64,000 nt of DNA, taken from Patellaria atrata CBS 101060 (lineage: Eukaryota). A program made the position numbers and the translations under genes. Below the pieces are notes generated by a model. The model worked only from the letters and a program-made list of their open reading frames with translations. It did no database searches and was not told where the DNA came from. Shown piece by piece: positions 26,356 through 39,894 of the stretch (positions are counted from its first letter, which is position 1; each line of letters opens with the position of its first letter). The stretch is taken from NCBI GenBank assembly GCA_010093705.1, contig MU006115.1, positions 212,678 through 276,677 of the forward strand, in the 5' to 3' direction.

Positions 26356-27273
26356 TCACACGGGATTAAAAAACGCCCATCCGACCGCCGCAAGCACGAG
26401 CGCAATATACGCGCCTCCATTCGCGCCGGCTCCACTCGCGGGATGTAAATCGATGGCGGAGAGATTCACGACGGCCGAGGCGGGGGGATGCGCGACATGG
26501 AAAGCGGTGATGGTGACGGGGGTGTTGTTGCCGTAGACGACCGTTGTGGAAGTGAGAAACTCGACGAGCGGGCCGGAGACGGCGGTGTGGTTTGAAATGG
26601 TGCCGTTGGTGATGGTTGCGTTGTTGATGTGTGGAGGGATGCCGTGGGGCGCGTTCATCGCGTTGTTTGAGTCGCTGGCGATGGTGTTGAAGTTGCTGCC
26701 TTGGGGTAGGCCGGGGATGAAGATCGAGGTTGCGGCGCCGGGAATTGCGGAAGGTAAGATGGTGAAACCGGTGCCGGTCGGGTTGAAGACTACTGTAACT
26801 GTGCGGGACAAAGTAGAAAGATCTTCAGAGGTAGCATTCGCATCGCCAGAGAAAGTGATAGTGATGGTGGGTTTAATAGTAATCGTGACAACCTCGCCGC
26901 AGGCAGCAACAGAAGAAATGGTTTGCTGACCCTGAGCAGCAGCGGTCTTATGGGAAGCTCCCGCAGGCGTCGCGGTGAACGGGATTACCGCGTCTTCGGT
27001 CACACCAGCGACGATACTTGCCATGGCATGTTGAGTGGTGTTTGAAGCAATTGTGGCAGAAGCATGCTTAGTGGTGTTCATGTACGTTCCTTGGGGAGAA
27101 GGGAGGTGATAAGAAGTGTTCGGAGTACCATGACCAACCAATCCGCCGCTGTATCCGGAGGGGAAAACACTAGCTGCTATATAGGTTGCCGTTAAATAGT
27201 TGGTTGCGTGTCCAAAGGCTGTAGCCCCGTTGAGGATCACGAGCGCGAGCGCGTGATGGAGGTTGAGGTGCAT
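26356..27273 (-). CDS. Thr/Ala/Ser-rich GPI-anchored cell-wall protein
   Basis: Intronless 305-aa ORF with a signal peptide, many NxT/S sites and a C-terminal SGAG followed by a hydrophobic tail. Confidence 0.8.
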   Translation of the reverse strand: MHLNLHHALALVILNGATAFGHATNYLTATYIAASVFPSGYSGGLVGHGTPNTSYHLPSPQGTYMNTTKHASATIASNTTQHAMASIVAGVTEDAVIPFTATPAGASHKTAAAQGQQTISSVAACGEVVTITIKPTITITFSGDANATSEDLSTLSRTVTVVFNPTGTGFTILPSAIPGAATSIFIPGLPQGSNFNTIASDSNNAMNAPHGIPPHINNATITNGTISNHTAVSGPLVEFLTSTTVVYGNNTPVTITAFHVAHPPASAVVNLSAIDLHPASGAGANGGAYIALVLAAVGWAFFNPV

Positions 27274-27993
27274 CGCGTCGACTTCGTTATCACCGCAATG
27301 ACTGGGGTAAGCTTAATGAGGGTAAAAGAGTTGCAATGATGGAGCTTTGTATGTTGAGAAAGAGAGGAAAATAGCTAGTTGAGCTATCGATGTTGCGAAA
27401 GAGTATTGTCGTTGATATTTGGAAAGAAAGAAAACTCTCTCGATAAAGACTCTTAAGTAGTGGAGAGGTCAAGACGCGCCTAGCGTACAATCTTCACATA
27501 AAATTGAAATCAAATAATCAGGTGATGTCATGGGTTCAAAGTCGTGACTTTGCGGCTTAGTTTGAGAGTATTTATGAAAAGTTAGAGAGAAACAGCGAAT
27601 AGAGTCCCGTCATGCGTTTGTAGTCATCTCCTAGTTTATCTTTCTAACTTAGACGGTTCTTCGTGACTATGACTACTCGATTACTTCTTTTCATTGATGG
27701 CTGGCAAACAAGTTGATGTTCAATACGACTACCCTCCGCCACCCCTTTCCGCTCACGTCAAACGGCTATTTGCCATACCGGACACACTATATGAAAGGAA
27801 ACTCTCTCGACTTAACTATGCTTCAGGAAAGGAAGAGTTTATGTTTCCCGTCCTATACGTGCCTAGAAAGAAACGGTCTTTACTGCCCATTCGATGTGCC
27901 CCACTCGGTGATTTTCGCATTCTAGCACACGATCGGTCGCCGGTAGTTACCCAAAGTCTACTATTTCCCTCTCCCGCTTCTGGGTCTTATATT

Positions 27994-29022
27994 TCATACC
28001 TTATACATATCCTCTAGGTACTCCAGCATCCGTCTCTGCAGACTCAAAAGTTCAGCCTCTGTCACCTTGAACTTAGGCCGTTGGTGATCAGTTTCTAAAT
28101 CCTGGGGGTTGAGGATGAGATCCGATTTGGTTCCAAAGAAGGGCACTCCAAGTCCTTTCAGCTCAGCACACATAGTCTTGTACATATCCGAAGAAGCGTT
28201 GTACACTCTGGTATCGTAAGCTTCTAGTTCGCGCTTTCGGGACTCCTCATTCTGTACATGAATCAGATATCGTTTCTAGGGACATAGCTATAGGACTCAC
28301 GTTAGGATCATCCATATCAATAGAAAGCGCGCCAATGGATTTTCTGACAAGCAGTCAGTTCAGGACTTTTACAAGTTTACTTGGTCACATACAAAACACT
28401 ATTCAGCTGCTGGGAACCCTCTACTCTCGCTGCTTGCTTTTCAAGAAGGGCGACACGGCCTTGCCACCTTAATCACGGTAAGCATATTGACTTAGGAAGG
28501 CAAATAAAATATAACCCACCACATTTGTTCATGCTTCTCCTGATCAGCCATCATCTACTATACTATTAGTTCTCTTATGACCCATGAATGAAACATTCGG
28601 CATACCTTACGAAGGATATCCTTCAGTTTAGGGTTTTGAACAGCTATCTTGCTGATACATCTCAGCCCCTGGCTCCACTCGGTGATAGTTGCCGGATCGA
28701 TAGGAGGTGGAGTGGGGGCCGGAGCTGGGAAATCCTTGCGCGTCTGTGGTACTAGTCTTGGATCCAGGGGTGTAACAGATTCTGGTCGAGGTACAATTGA
28801 GGTTATAGAGGGAGCATATGGATCGTAAACACCATTATCAATACTAGATAGGTTACTGTTTGCGACAAAAGCGGCGTTTTGATTGTAGGTATTGCCAGCC
28901 TGGGGCAATGGAGGAGTAGTGGACAAAACCGATTGCTGCTGGTTTGCACCTTGACGTGTTAATGAAGCAAGAGTCCGCAACACAGAAGCTAGATCTGGGA
29001 CTGCATTGCCATTTGGATCCAT
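27994..29022 (-). CDS. DUF2458-like protein, multi-exon
   Basis: DLASVLRTLASL, IDPATITEW, ELKGLGVPFFG and ELLSLQRRMLEYLEDM. Confidence 0.8.
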
Positions 29023-29341
29023 TCTGATATGGACAAGGTTTAATCCAAATTATAGGAGAGAATAGGCACTCCACTTGGCTTTGTTCAAGGAGGATGGTTT
29101 AACGAAGAATCTCTACCCAATTCCAACCCAATCATGACAATGCCTTTTGTTAAATAAAAAATATTCGAATAATGGAAGGAGGAGATGTACAATTAAGGGA
29201 GGAGGTTGAGCTCCACCCCTGCTCCGAGCATCAGCCTTGGCACATCCTGCTCTGTCCTTACCTGAACTCTACAATTTTATTATGGATGCAACTCCCTCAT
29301 ACTCCGCCTTATCTCGCTCCCTTCTCCCATCCCATTTAACA

Positions 29342-30229
29342 ATGGCCCGCTCAGCAATGGACGCGACCCGCTTCACAGCCACCGGACCCTACGCCAGCTC
29401 CAAGTTCAACTCCCCCATCCGCCCTCCCGCTTCCTCCTCCGTACCCGGAGAAACACCTCAGCAGAAAGTAGCAAGACTACGAGAAAATGCGCGGCGCGCC
29501 AAACTCGCGAAGGAGAGTACATTCGACCGAATTGTGGCGAGGGGGAGAGTATGGGCGGATCGGGCACACAGGGTTACAGCTATAACGCTGATCGCAGCTA
29601 CCGGTATACTTTCCTCCATTAGACCCAGTGGTTCAATTGCACGACCCTATGACATGTGTGGGCTTTGTAGGAGTAAAGGCTAATCTGTGACGTGTATAGG
29701 CGTGGCTGGATTAGTGACAGTCTTCGCCCTCGGTGACATGATGATATATAACCGTCGCAAGCGAAAAGTATGGCTTGAAGAGCAGCAAGTACAGCACGCA
29801 CGAGACCTCGCCATTGCGAAGCAAGCGATGGCGGAAGGGAGGGCGAATGATAAACAGATACTCTTGCTTAATAGGGAAAGAGCTTTCCAAGAATCAGAGG
29901 AAGCAAAAGCGAATAAGAAGGGGGTTTTTAGCGGATTGTTTGGTGGGTCGGAGGCAGCGGGTGCGGTGAAGAAAATAAAAGGGGGTGGAAATGTAGAGGA
30001 AAGGGTAGATAAGGGAATAGAGCGGGACGAGGGCGTTGCTGTTGCGAAAGCTGTGGATGAAGCAGAACCGAGTTCACAGTCGGTACCTATTGAAGAAGGA
30101 CGCAGAGATACGGAAGTTAGGATGCTCCCACAACCCGCCGGGGGAAATCTTGATCGGCTAGGTAAGAACGTAGCGACTGGGGTCTCAAAAGAAACAAAGA
30201 GTTGGACGAGTTGGATCATAGGGAGGTGA
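29342..30229 (+). CDS. Cytochrome c oxidase assembly protein (COX14-like), 2 exons
   Basis: MARSAMDATRFTAT, ETPQQKVARLR, RGRVWADRAHR and a TM helix split by an intron at about 29604-29699. Confidence 0.75.
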
Positions 30230-30443
30230 AGTTATAGAGCAAATTTTCTAGTACTTTTTCGTGGGGATTTTGATTGTTGAAGCTGTAAAAACAACCCATC
30301 TACTTCTCCAACTGTACAGAATTGTATCACATAAGGGTTGCATTGGAACGGCGTATAGATTTCTAGATCATTATATTTGGTGTACGTTAATACCGAAAAG
30401 ACATGACTACTCCAAAAGCGCCGCTGTGCCCAAATCCCAATTT

Positions 30444-31050
30444 TTATCCCACGTCCTGATCCTCTTGCGCCATAATAGGGAGATAGCTATGCTGTTCTCT
30501 CGCTCTCTATAGAACAAACGTTAGCAAGAACACCCATATTTACCTCCACCCAGATGGATGGAAATTACTCACAGTCCACTGCTCAATCCACGGTCTAGCA
30601 GCCGCATATACCAACAGCGTTACCGTGGCCGCAATGAAGATGAAAACCACAATCTGATCTTTCATCGAGTCCCTCTGAAAACAAGTAGCAAAGATATCAT
30701 CTTCCTTCGCCCCCTTACAACTCGGCAAGTTGTAATCCAGGCAAAAAGACCTGTTGCAATCGTTACACGTGCGGCGGGATTTGGAGTCGGCGCGCTCGAG
30801 GAAGAGGAGACGGGAGCTCGGGGGGACCGGGTCAAGGGGGATGATGGTGTAGTTGGAGAAGCAGGTGCATTTACAGAAGGATGTCGGAGCTGTGCAGGAA
30901 ATAGGGATTAGTTGGGGTTGTATTTGCATGTAAAGTAGGTAGAGGGGGTGCCTGGGAGAACGGCAGGGAGGGGGACTTACATGCGGCGAATGCCGAGGAG
31001 GTGAGGAGGAAGGTGAGAATAAGACTGAGTATGGTTTTCCATCGTTTCAT
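30444..31050 (-). CDS. Small conserved Cys-rich single-pass membrane protein, 3 exons
   Basis: Signal peptide MKRWKTILSLILTFLLTSSAFAA, then CKCTCFSNYTIIPLD..CNDCNRSFC..CFQRDS..DQIVVFIFI (TM). Confidence 0.8.
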
Positions 31051-31776
31051 TTTGGTTTGTGTAGCTTCTCTCGTGGCTTGAAGAGCTCGAGGGGGAAAGA
31101 GCTCGAAGGTTGTATGTCCTCCGCCTCCGCAATCGCCCTAGTTCTAGTTCTAGCGGTCGACAAGTGCTTGTATCTGCCTTGTACTTGGCATGCGTAGCCA
31201 AAATCCAGAGGTTTAATACTAGTAATACTGTAGATATTTAGATATAAATTATTGTATGGTAAGTAGTCTCTACAGTGGTTGACATGACAGGACTAGAAAC
31301 ACTCGACCTTTGAGCCTTTATAACCTATCTGCAGTTTTACTTATAACCTTCAATCATCTTTCTTGACCTCAATTCTTCGACGGAGAATGATCACAATACC
31401 AATACAACGGATACAAAGCATAAATACGGAGTATCCAATCTTCTGTCTCAACTACATATGCAACAAGCACATCATCACAAATGGAGACCTGCAGCAGGAC
31501 CACTGACATGCTCAATAGGGAGAATCGATGGACCTGGAATTCTATCATTCATGTAGCCCCCATAAAGTTACCTTTATAAAGTCGTGAAAGCATCAAGTAC
31601 ATCAAAGTCCAGACGTTCTTCTCAACCCGTCCAGCTCCATTTATCAACTCCTCTCCAATGCAACCCCAGATGCAAGTAACCAGTACACCAACCCCCGCCT
31701 TCAACCTATTGAGAACATCATAGATGGAGAGTACTTCATGGTAAACACCTCACTATCAGGAGCATCCTCAAAGGAT

Positions 31777-32254
31777 CTACTTCCTGGTAGTGAAATCGAT
31801 TTCCTCCGCCCGTTCACCGAGCTCAGTTCCGGAGCAAGTACACGAATCTGTACGAATTAGTTTTATTCCCGTACCCAGTGAAATGCAAGTAACTTACCCT
31901 GGGGCCGTTTTCCACACGCGCAAGTATTGCCCTCGATAGTATTCTCCTTCGCAGCCCTGTTGCACGTACATTGACCTTGAGCACGTTGATCTACGACACG
32001 CTCAGTCAGCACCTCCGCAATTCCTCTTACTCTAACAGCAAATTGACAAGAGTATTCAAAGTAGCGGTGATCAGGGTGGACGTACTGCACGAGCACCTAG
32101 CTCCGATGACCGTGTTTTCAGTAGCGCTTCTCTCGCAGTTGCAGTGCATGGCTTTGTTCTTGCCGCAGGAGCATGTCGCCTCGGCGGCGCAGACGCAGCC
32201 TGTTCCATCACGGCCGCAGCAGGTTGCTGGGACAACGGATGTTGGAGCAGACAT
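31777..32254 (-). CDS. Metallothionein-like Cys-rich copper-resistance protein (CRD2-like), 3 exons
   Basis: CCGR..CVCA..CSCG..CNC..ENT..CSC..CTC..ENT..CACGKRP..CTC..EIDFTTRK*. Confidence 0.85.
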
Positions 32255-32914
32255 GATTGATGTAGATATGAAGATGGGAATATTTCTTTGAGAAGATAAG
32301 CTTGATGGATTCGTATGTGCTTTTGTGAATTGAAGAAGGTCTGAATGAATTATAAGTTCTTAGTTCTTTGAGTGGTGAAGATGATGCGTTATGTGCTACT
32401 AAAGTGTATATCCGATTGTAACCATCAGATACGAACTTGATGCGTACACCAATCAGAGCCCTAGGTTGAAGCGCTAGTCTGCAAAAGGCATCTATGACTC
32501 GCACTAGGATCATTTGTTGCTTAGAATTGCCTTACCTGCTATTGGTTCCTGGTGCTTTGTGTCTTCTGACTGTGGGCGAGGCCCGACTGAGAACAGCTAA
32601 GGTACCTTTATCCAATAGAGGCTCTTGAATTACTCAGTCTCAAGAGTGTTTAGAGGGTTATTTATCATCTAATAAAGTCTAACGTGACGAGTAGTTGTGG
32701 TAGTGTGGGAAATCTACTAATGCCCTCTTATCTACATATTCATATTGATGTGCTCTACTGTATGTCGAGACCTCTAACCTCCAAGAGACTACCACACCAA
32801 TCCAAGTTTCCATGACGCCTCGCACAATGAAACCCATAATAGTACACCAATCCTGATTGTTTAATGAATACATAAATATATGTATAGGTACAAGTATGTG
32901 TACCAGAGGCCTGG

Positions 32915-35152
32915 TTATACGTTTGGTGATAGCAAATCGTACTTGACGCAAGCCTCCACCTAGAAAAATTATTAGCCTCTCCGGTACCAAATGGCAAGCG
33001 ACTGAGGATAATTTACACTCTCAATTGAAGCTCTCAAGAAGCTCCTCGCCTCCAACCCAGCCCATACTTTCAGCATCGAAAAGTCTGCGCTGCGAATCAT
33101 GGACCCGCCACCTTGTCTACCTAGTTGCCGTAGTATCGGTAGAGCACTGCGTTCAAAGATTAGTTCGCGCTGACCAACAAGTAAAATGATTAGAGTTACG
33201 AGCAACTTACCCAGCGAAAATATCCAACCTTGGGTCCAAACTCCTTCCAATGCCCTCTAGGAGCAAAATACTCAAGACGACATTCACAAAATCGCCTTCA
33301 AGCCTCACATGATGCGACCGCACCATGCTAAGCACTTCATTCAAGATATTGCCGATTTTGAAATTTCCTAGAGCGAAGGTCTTACTCTTGACCCCTAGTA
33401 CCAAATGTTGCATTCTAAGAGCGAATACCTCTTTATCGATGACCGCATCAGGTTGCCGACATCGCTCGACCATTAGGTGGCCGGCTTTATATCCATCAAA
33501 TTCGGCAACTGCTTTGAATAGGTCAAGGAAGTTGGTACGATTCGTATCATTAAGCTCTGTTACGAGACCTGTATCTATGAATATTAACTGAGGACGATAG
33601 CCCTCGTCATCTAGTTCCTGTAACTGGGAAACCCACTCCCTGGGTTTCTTTCTAAGGGGACGTAACCGCTGGAGCACTTCTTCTGTTACATCTTTAGACT
33701 GGTCGGGACCACTCTTTTGCCGTTTTGCGAAGGGGGAAACATCCAGTTGCTCTGGTTTATAAAATCGGACCATGATGTTCCCAGGATGTAGATCAGCGTG
33801 GATGAAATTATCAATGAGTACCATGTGCAAGAAAGCATCAAGGCCTTCATCTGCAATGTCCTTCTGAAAGACTCCACCACCGTTAGAAAGGAAGTCTTCT
33901 AGAGGTATACCTGTGGCGAATTCTTCGACTAGAACTTGTCGTGTCGTGAACTGGTTGTATGGGTACGGAAACCATGCTGTTGTGCGATTTTTGAAGTATT
34001 TGCGGAAGATGGTCAGGTTGGCCGCTTCGATACGAAGATCGAGCTGTAGCCTCATCATCTCACCAAATTGCTTAACCTCATCCGGGAACGAGAACCACTC
34101 CATGGTGGGTGTAGCGTTGATGACGCTGGCAAAGAAGCCCATGATTCGTAGGTCACGGCGTACGATTCTCTCCACGTTAGGGTGCAGGACCTTGATCGCA
34201 ACATATGAAGAGGGTACCCGCTGTGGAGTATTCTTCAAGGCAGCGTCCACATTCCTGCGAACCTTCTCACGCAGATTTTCTGGTTCATAGACGTCGTCGT
34301 CACTAGGTGTTGCGAGATCTGGCTTTAATTTTGCTTTGTACACTTGTGCTATTGCTCCAACGCCTAGCGGGACTTCCTCGAATTCTTCAAAAATATCTTC
34401 GAACCGCCGGCCCCCGAATGCTCTACTTACTATTTTTTTGGTTTTGGTCAAAGAGTGTGCAGGAGCGTGAGAGTGAAGCGAGGACATAATGAGACACATT
34501 TGTGTCGGGAATATATCGGATCGAGAAGCTGCCCATTGTCCCAGCTATGAGAAATGTAAATAACCGGCGAAAACACTTATATATAGTGATGTTGAGGCCA
34601 TACCTTTATGAACGCTGCACCTGCTCTTTCCATAGATTTTACCAAGAACTCGTACCACCATATCGTCCCGCTCCTTTCATTGTCCTTTTCTTTTATCCTC
34701 TTTCCAACCCATATAGCAGGTACTGTGAGTATGACGGGAACGAAAATGATGACTAGGTGCAAGAAGCGAATACCAGTGGCGATTGGTTCGATAATGTAGG
34801 TGTCTAGGAAGAAATATATGCCCCTCCGTACTTTTTTAGAGCCCTGTATTGCTTTAGGAACATGCTCGGCCAGTTCCGCCCTTGAGGCTTCTAACATAAG
34901 CTGTTCTCCTGTCTTTCCACCATTGTCATCATCGTCGTCATCCTGTTCGGTCAATTGAACCAGTGCAACGGGACTCAACCCGGCCAACATCACGGGTCCA
35001 AGCCATAGATTTCGAGGTGATCGAGAAAAGAACTTCTTGTAACCAAACGGAGGTTTTGACGAGAAAAATCGTGGGATCTGCCGAAATGATGTTTGGTGTG
35101 CGCGAACTGCGGGACGAAGGAGTAGTCTACTGAACAAAATGGGAGCCCTCAT
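32915..35152 (-). CDS. Mitochondrial ABC1/UbiB-family atypical kinase (ADCK2/Cqd1-like), 4 exons
   Basis: AGAAFIKLGQWA, PLGVGAIAQVY, VAIKVLHP, QLDLRIEAANL, NFIHADLHPGN and FIDTGLV. C-terminus KYDLLSPNV*. Confidence 0.92.
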
Positions 35153-35985
35153 CTTTTGCTCGTTGAAGAGGTCGCTGGGTAAGACGACCGTCCGCCCTGG
35201 TCGCGCATAAGAACGCGCTCCAACGTTAAGTTTATGATTATCGAGATGGAAATATTGTCGAATCTCATGGCTGGAGTCTCTTTGTTAGAGCTCGACTAGG
35301 ACCCACGTCACTAATAATATACCTTACCTACTTGTCTCAAAGTTGCTTTCACATGCGATTAGCACTACGGCATACCATAGGCCATAATTCTACCACTCTC
35401 TAAAAATACGGAGTACACCGTACTGCAACAATATTACTAGAATCTCCCACGCACATGTAAGATCCCTAGTTATCTGTACGCTTTACAAAATAGATACTGG
35501 CGAACTGTTAATAGTATAGTCTCAACCGACCTCCATTCTCCATACGGTCAAGATTATGTACGGCTACAAAGGATTTGTACGCTCTGCTCCTTCCTCTACA
35601 ATAGCGTTAGAAAAACTTTAGGGGATGAGTATACCTTACCGTACACGATTCTAAATTGTTGTATCTACTATTAAAATATAAGTTTCTCTTGTATTTTCTC
35701 ATTTCCCATAGAGATAAGCTCCTATACGGCCTAAGTATTTGGCACTCTGTACTTCCCTTTACAGTAAAGTTAGGAACACCCTTAGGAGATAAGTATACAG
35801 TATGCGGTTTTGAATAATCATATTAGCTGTACGACAGCAAGTTCCCCTTAATTCTGTTTTAATCTATACAGTCAAGCTATTGTACGGGTAGCGTCGTTTG
35901 TATAATCTGGCCTTTCCTTTACATTAGAGGGAGAAACGGTATTAAGAGTTAATATACCGTACGCAATTGGAGACGGTTATACTAG

Positions 35986-36442
35986 CTATCCCAGTAAGGG
36001 TCCCCTTAAATTCTTCCCTTTCTCTACGGTATGGTCAGAGAGAGATCCTGGAGAGACTGTACACTCGGCGAGGGATGCTACGATAGGGGGAGGCCATACG
36101 CAAAGAGGACCTATCAGCACTCTCGCATCCTCGGTTATAGTATCACCACCATCAGTATTTCTTTCTGGAGGAGGCCCAAGCAATGAACTTGAGGTGTACG
36201 GGCCCCTCTCCTCTATATTGTATGGCCGTTAGAAGACTGGCCTTGCCATTTGCACGGGGCACAAGCGTCACCGAAGTGATATTCAGCGCGGTAGCAAGGC
36301 TTGGAAGGACGGTTGCGGTTGACTCTGAGGCCTGCTAGCGTTAGAACAAGGTTGTACGCAATCAACACCATGGCTATGGATGAATATCCCACTGGTATAC
36401 GACGGTTCACGGGATAGGATCCGAGGAGGGAGGGTTGGGCAT
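35986..36442 (-). pseudogene. DUF3716-like zinc-binding protein remnant
   Basis: Across two frames: PSYTSGIFIHSHGVDCVQPCSN...CYRAEYHFGDACAPCKW, similar to the DUF3716 pattern as I recall it. Flanked by TpA-rich DNA at about 35600-35980. Confidence 0.5.
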
Positions 36443-36695
36443 GTGATATTAGACCTCTAGACGTACACTAAAGTGTACAGCGATGTTTAGGCTCAGATTA
36501 ATAGCGCACACCAGATTGAAATTTCTGATGAAGAAGGAAAATGATTATTCGCTACAGCTACGCTGGAATGCATTTCTGTATCATCCCAAGGCCAACCTAT
36601 GGCCAAAATCTATAGGGTATCATGGTCCCCTAAACTCTAGTAAATACCAAACAGCAAACTTTTTAAAGTACAAATATAACCAAGAGCAAATCATC

Positions 36696-39055
36696 TCACT
36701 CGTACTCCTCTGTGTAATCACCTCCGTAATCATCGTACACCTCGTCCCCATCGACGCCCATGTCGATACCATAGTTTTTTACGGTACGACGTATCCTCTC
36801 GTCGTCGTCCAACTCCTCCAAATCATCCTCACTCTCCTCCACATCCGACTCGATAACGGTTACTTCCTGCTGCTGTGAAGAAGCGCTTGTTGAGGGTTGT
36901 ACAGCAGCTGTACGCTGCGTAGCTGCTGGTGTGGGAAGACCAACAGTGGCACGGGACGGTGCATCCGCCCTCTCCTCCTCAGAGTCCTGAGGAGATATCG
37001 GGCTATGTACCGCACTATTTCCCCCGCTAGTTTGGTTCTTTGATAAGCCGCGAGTGCCCTCAGCTCGGACCTTGTAGATCCGCTGGAACTTCTCGTAATT
37101 GATCTTCGTACTGAAGCCAATTCCTGCCCGCTTTTCCGCCATCTGTCTTGCAGCCTCTGCCGGGCTGCTGGCAGGGGTGACACCTGCCTTGCTTCCTTGG
37201 GCGTCGGCCTTCTTTTTGGTCGGCCTCTTTTTCTTCTTAACGCCGCTTGCTTCGTCGAGGGTCTTCTTAAGGATTTTGGCTTGTTGCTGGCGGAGCCAGT
37301 CTTCGTTGTGGGTGACCCAGATCTTTTCTTTAACGGCAATTTCAGCCTCGCTAAGTAGGCAGCTGGCGATCTCCGGATCGTCGTCGAACTCGTCTTCATC
37401 GATTTCCTCCCTATCCGAAACTCTAGAACGGTTCTGGTGCTGTTCTGCAAGAAATCTAGCCTTTGTCTTGGACTGATTGAACAGGTCGTCAAAGAGATCT
37501 TGGACAACTTTCTCCTCAAGGACCTCAGTAATCTCTTGTTCTAGTTCAGCCTCGACCACTACGTCTGCTTCTGTGAGAGGAGGGGGTTCGGGTTTGGGCT
37601 CTCTCTTTCGCTTTGTGCCACGACCTGCTTTCTTGGGAGGGGTTTTGGACCCTTGTTTGGGGGGTCTACCCCTTCTTGGCTTTGCTGAGTGACTGCCCTG
37701 GGTGAGTTGTGGGTCGATCGGAGGGTTAGGAATAGCGAATCCTTCGGAATCGCGGCGGAGTTCCTGAAGGGTGGTGGGAACGATAGAACTTTCACGAAAC
37801 TGAACCGTTGACTCTCCATCAGAGTCAATTATATATTCGTCATTATCATCTTCTCGAGAAAGCAATTTCCTCCTCTTTGCTTCGCGTTCTTGTGCTTTGT
37901 AGATGGCCGGAGGGTCATGTTGCCCCTTCTCAAGCCAAGCGGTGGACCGGAAATACTCTACATTGTATTGGCTGGACTTCAAACGTTTAAATTCCTCCAA
38001 TCGTTGGTGAATGGTAGTATCAGCGACTTTGACTATATATACTACTTCTCGAACACTGCGGCGGAAGTTATTCATGCGTGCGGCAAGGATGATGCAGGCG
38101 CCACAAAGTCCAGCTGGTTGGCGGCCTGTAACCATCCAATCTCTGTTCATACGTCTCAAAATCCGTAAGGCGTCTTCAGCAACTCTATATTCGTAGTCAC
38201 CGAATTCCAATTTTCTTGTGAACTTTTGAATCAGTGGTTCAACTTCTGGGACGGGGATTATTTTGGCCACTTTCTCATCGGAGTTATATATCGTCTTGAG
38301 AAGATCTCGGAAAATTTCGCCTAGCTTGAATACGCTAACCTGGATGGTTATTAGAAATGTGCTTGGAATCCTATAATTTCGGACTACGTGTTAACGCACC
38401 TGTATTGCTTCTGCAATGTCCATAAGAAGGACGGTATTGCGACGCTTCCGTCGACAGGCTATGTACAAACAAGCCGCAGCTACGTGAGGAATTAGACGAC
38501 CACGAACAAAACCGTTGGCGTAAGCAAGCTGGTAGGTTTTGTCGGCATCTTGTCTGATGGAGGTATCGCTGATGCGAAGAGTATTGGTAATTCGATTGAC
38601 TTCGTTCTTGCCTACATGACAATCAACATTAGGTCAGTTCGAATAGACTTTCATAAGAGACAGCCTGGGAAGCATCCTGAGGGTTACGAACCATGTGTTA
38701 ATGGTGCACTGTGAGATTCTGCCCGAATTCCCAATCGCTGTGCAAGAGTTTGTGGCATAGTTCCGGCGGCGTGCGTTTGACCTTCTCCAATATAACCTCC
38801 TTGAACTACGGCAGCACCAGTACTTGTTTCTCCAAAAGTCAATTCGCCAACAATCTGAGTGGCTCCTGCAATCTCAGTGCCACAGTTGTCGCATACTATA
38901 ACACCGTCAGGCATGTTGCGATGATGGGGATTATCACAGCCACATGAATTGGCCTGTCCTCGTTTAGAAATCGGGGGAGTCGAAGAAAGCCGCGAGCGAT
39001 TATTGTTGTTGAGCGTTGCAAGACGCTCCCTTCTAGGGGCTCTAGGAGCCGACAT
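36696..39055 (-). CDS. BRF1: RNA polymerase III transcription factor IIIB subunit Brf1, 3 exons
   Basis: Zn ribbon C..C...VCDNCG, TFGETSTGAAVVQG, cyclin folds (AAACLYIACR; RDWMVTGRQPAGLCGACIILAARMNNFRRS), C-terminal LLSEAEIAVKEKIWVTHNEDWL and STKINY. Confidence 0.95.
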
Positions 39056-39269
39056 GTTGATATTAGGAAAGCGATGTGTATGATTGGTTGATGTGAAACT
39101 ACCCAAAAGAGAACGGTAATTAGGTCAAGAACGAATATTTTGATGGTAACTGAAGGAGGGCTTCTCAGCAGCTTGGTTAAGCTCCACTGCAGCTGCGTCT
39201 TTCCAATCATCCAATTTCCATGCTCTTTCCTATACGAATTCTGATCAAATGGTGATGTTGAAGTGATGC

Positions 39270-39342
39270 TAGGGTGAGGTAGGGTGAGGTAGGGTGAGGT
39301 AGGGTGAGGTAGGGTGGAGGTAGGGTGGAGGTAGGGTGGAGG
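39270..39342. repeat. G-rich minisatellite (TAGGGTGAGG)x4 + (TAGGGTGGAGG)x3
   Basis: Read directly from the sequence. Confidence 0.95.
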
Positions 39343-39894
39343 TCTGAGGAGCCGTTGGTGAGAAAAGATAATTTTGACTCTCAATAGCTCAAGCGTGGTG
39401 GGGCAGCACTCGGCTCTATCTGCCCCGTTTTTGACTAGCGCTGTATATGCCAAGAGTCTACTGTTCGATTCCCGTCTCTAACTTTAAGTGCAGCATTTCA
39501 TCTCAACTCAATCAAGATGTGAGTTATTGCAAGACATCAGCAACACTGCATAGAAAAACAATAACAACAATCGGATATCTGCATCATCTCATAGGCGAGC
39601 AAGTTGCATAGATTACTACTTGAGAGAGGTATGAAAGGCTCTAATTCTAAGGCAAGCTACGCTTTGTAAATCAAGATTGTATTGATAGTTTAACGATTAG
39701 ACTCAAACTGCAGTGACGAAGTACACTATTCTTCAACTTGGGGAGGCAATGATACAGCCGCATTCATTGTTGAGATAATTCTCTTGTTGACTTTTTGGAT
39801 GATTTTTGGGAAAAGGCACGTGCGCTTAAGCGAATCCTTTCCTAGCTTACAAAGTAATTACACATTAGTTGTGACGGAAAAATTTCATCTTCAC

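Noticed and set aside
27694..28017. 107-aa plus-strand ORF
   Set aside because: Non-ATG start, no motif, and it overlaps the 3' end of the DUF2458 gene.
36860..37828. Long alternative-frame and antisense ORFs inside BRF1
   Set aside because: Expected shadows of GC-rich, low-complexity coding sequence.
38896..39453. 185-aa ORF upstream of BRF1
   Set aside because: Non-ATG start; it reads through the minisatellite (PHPT-like repeats) and is out of frame with BRF1.
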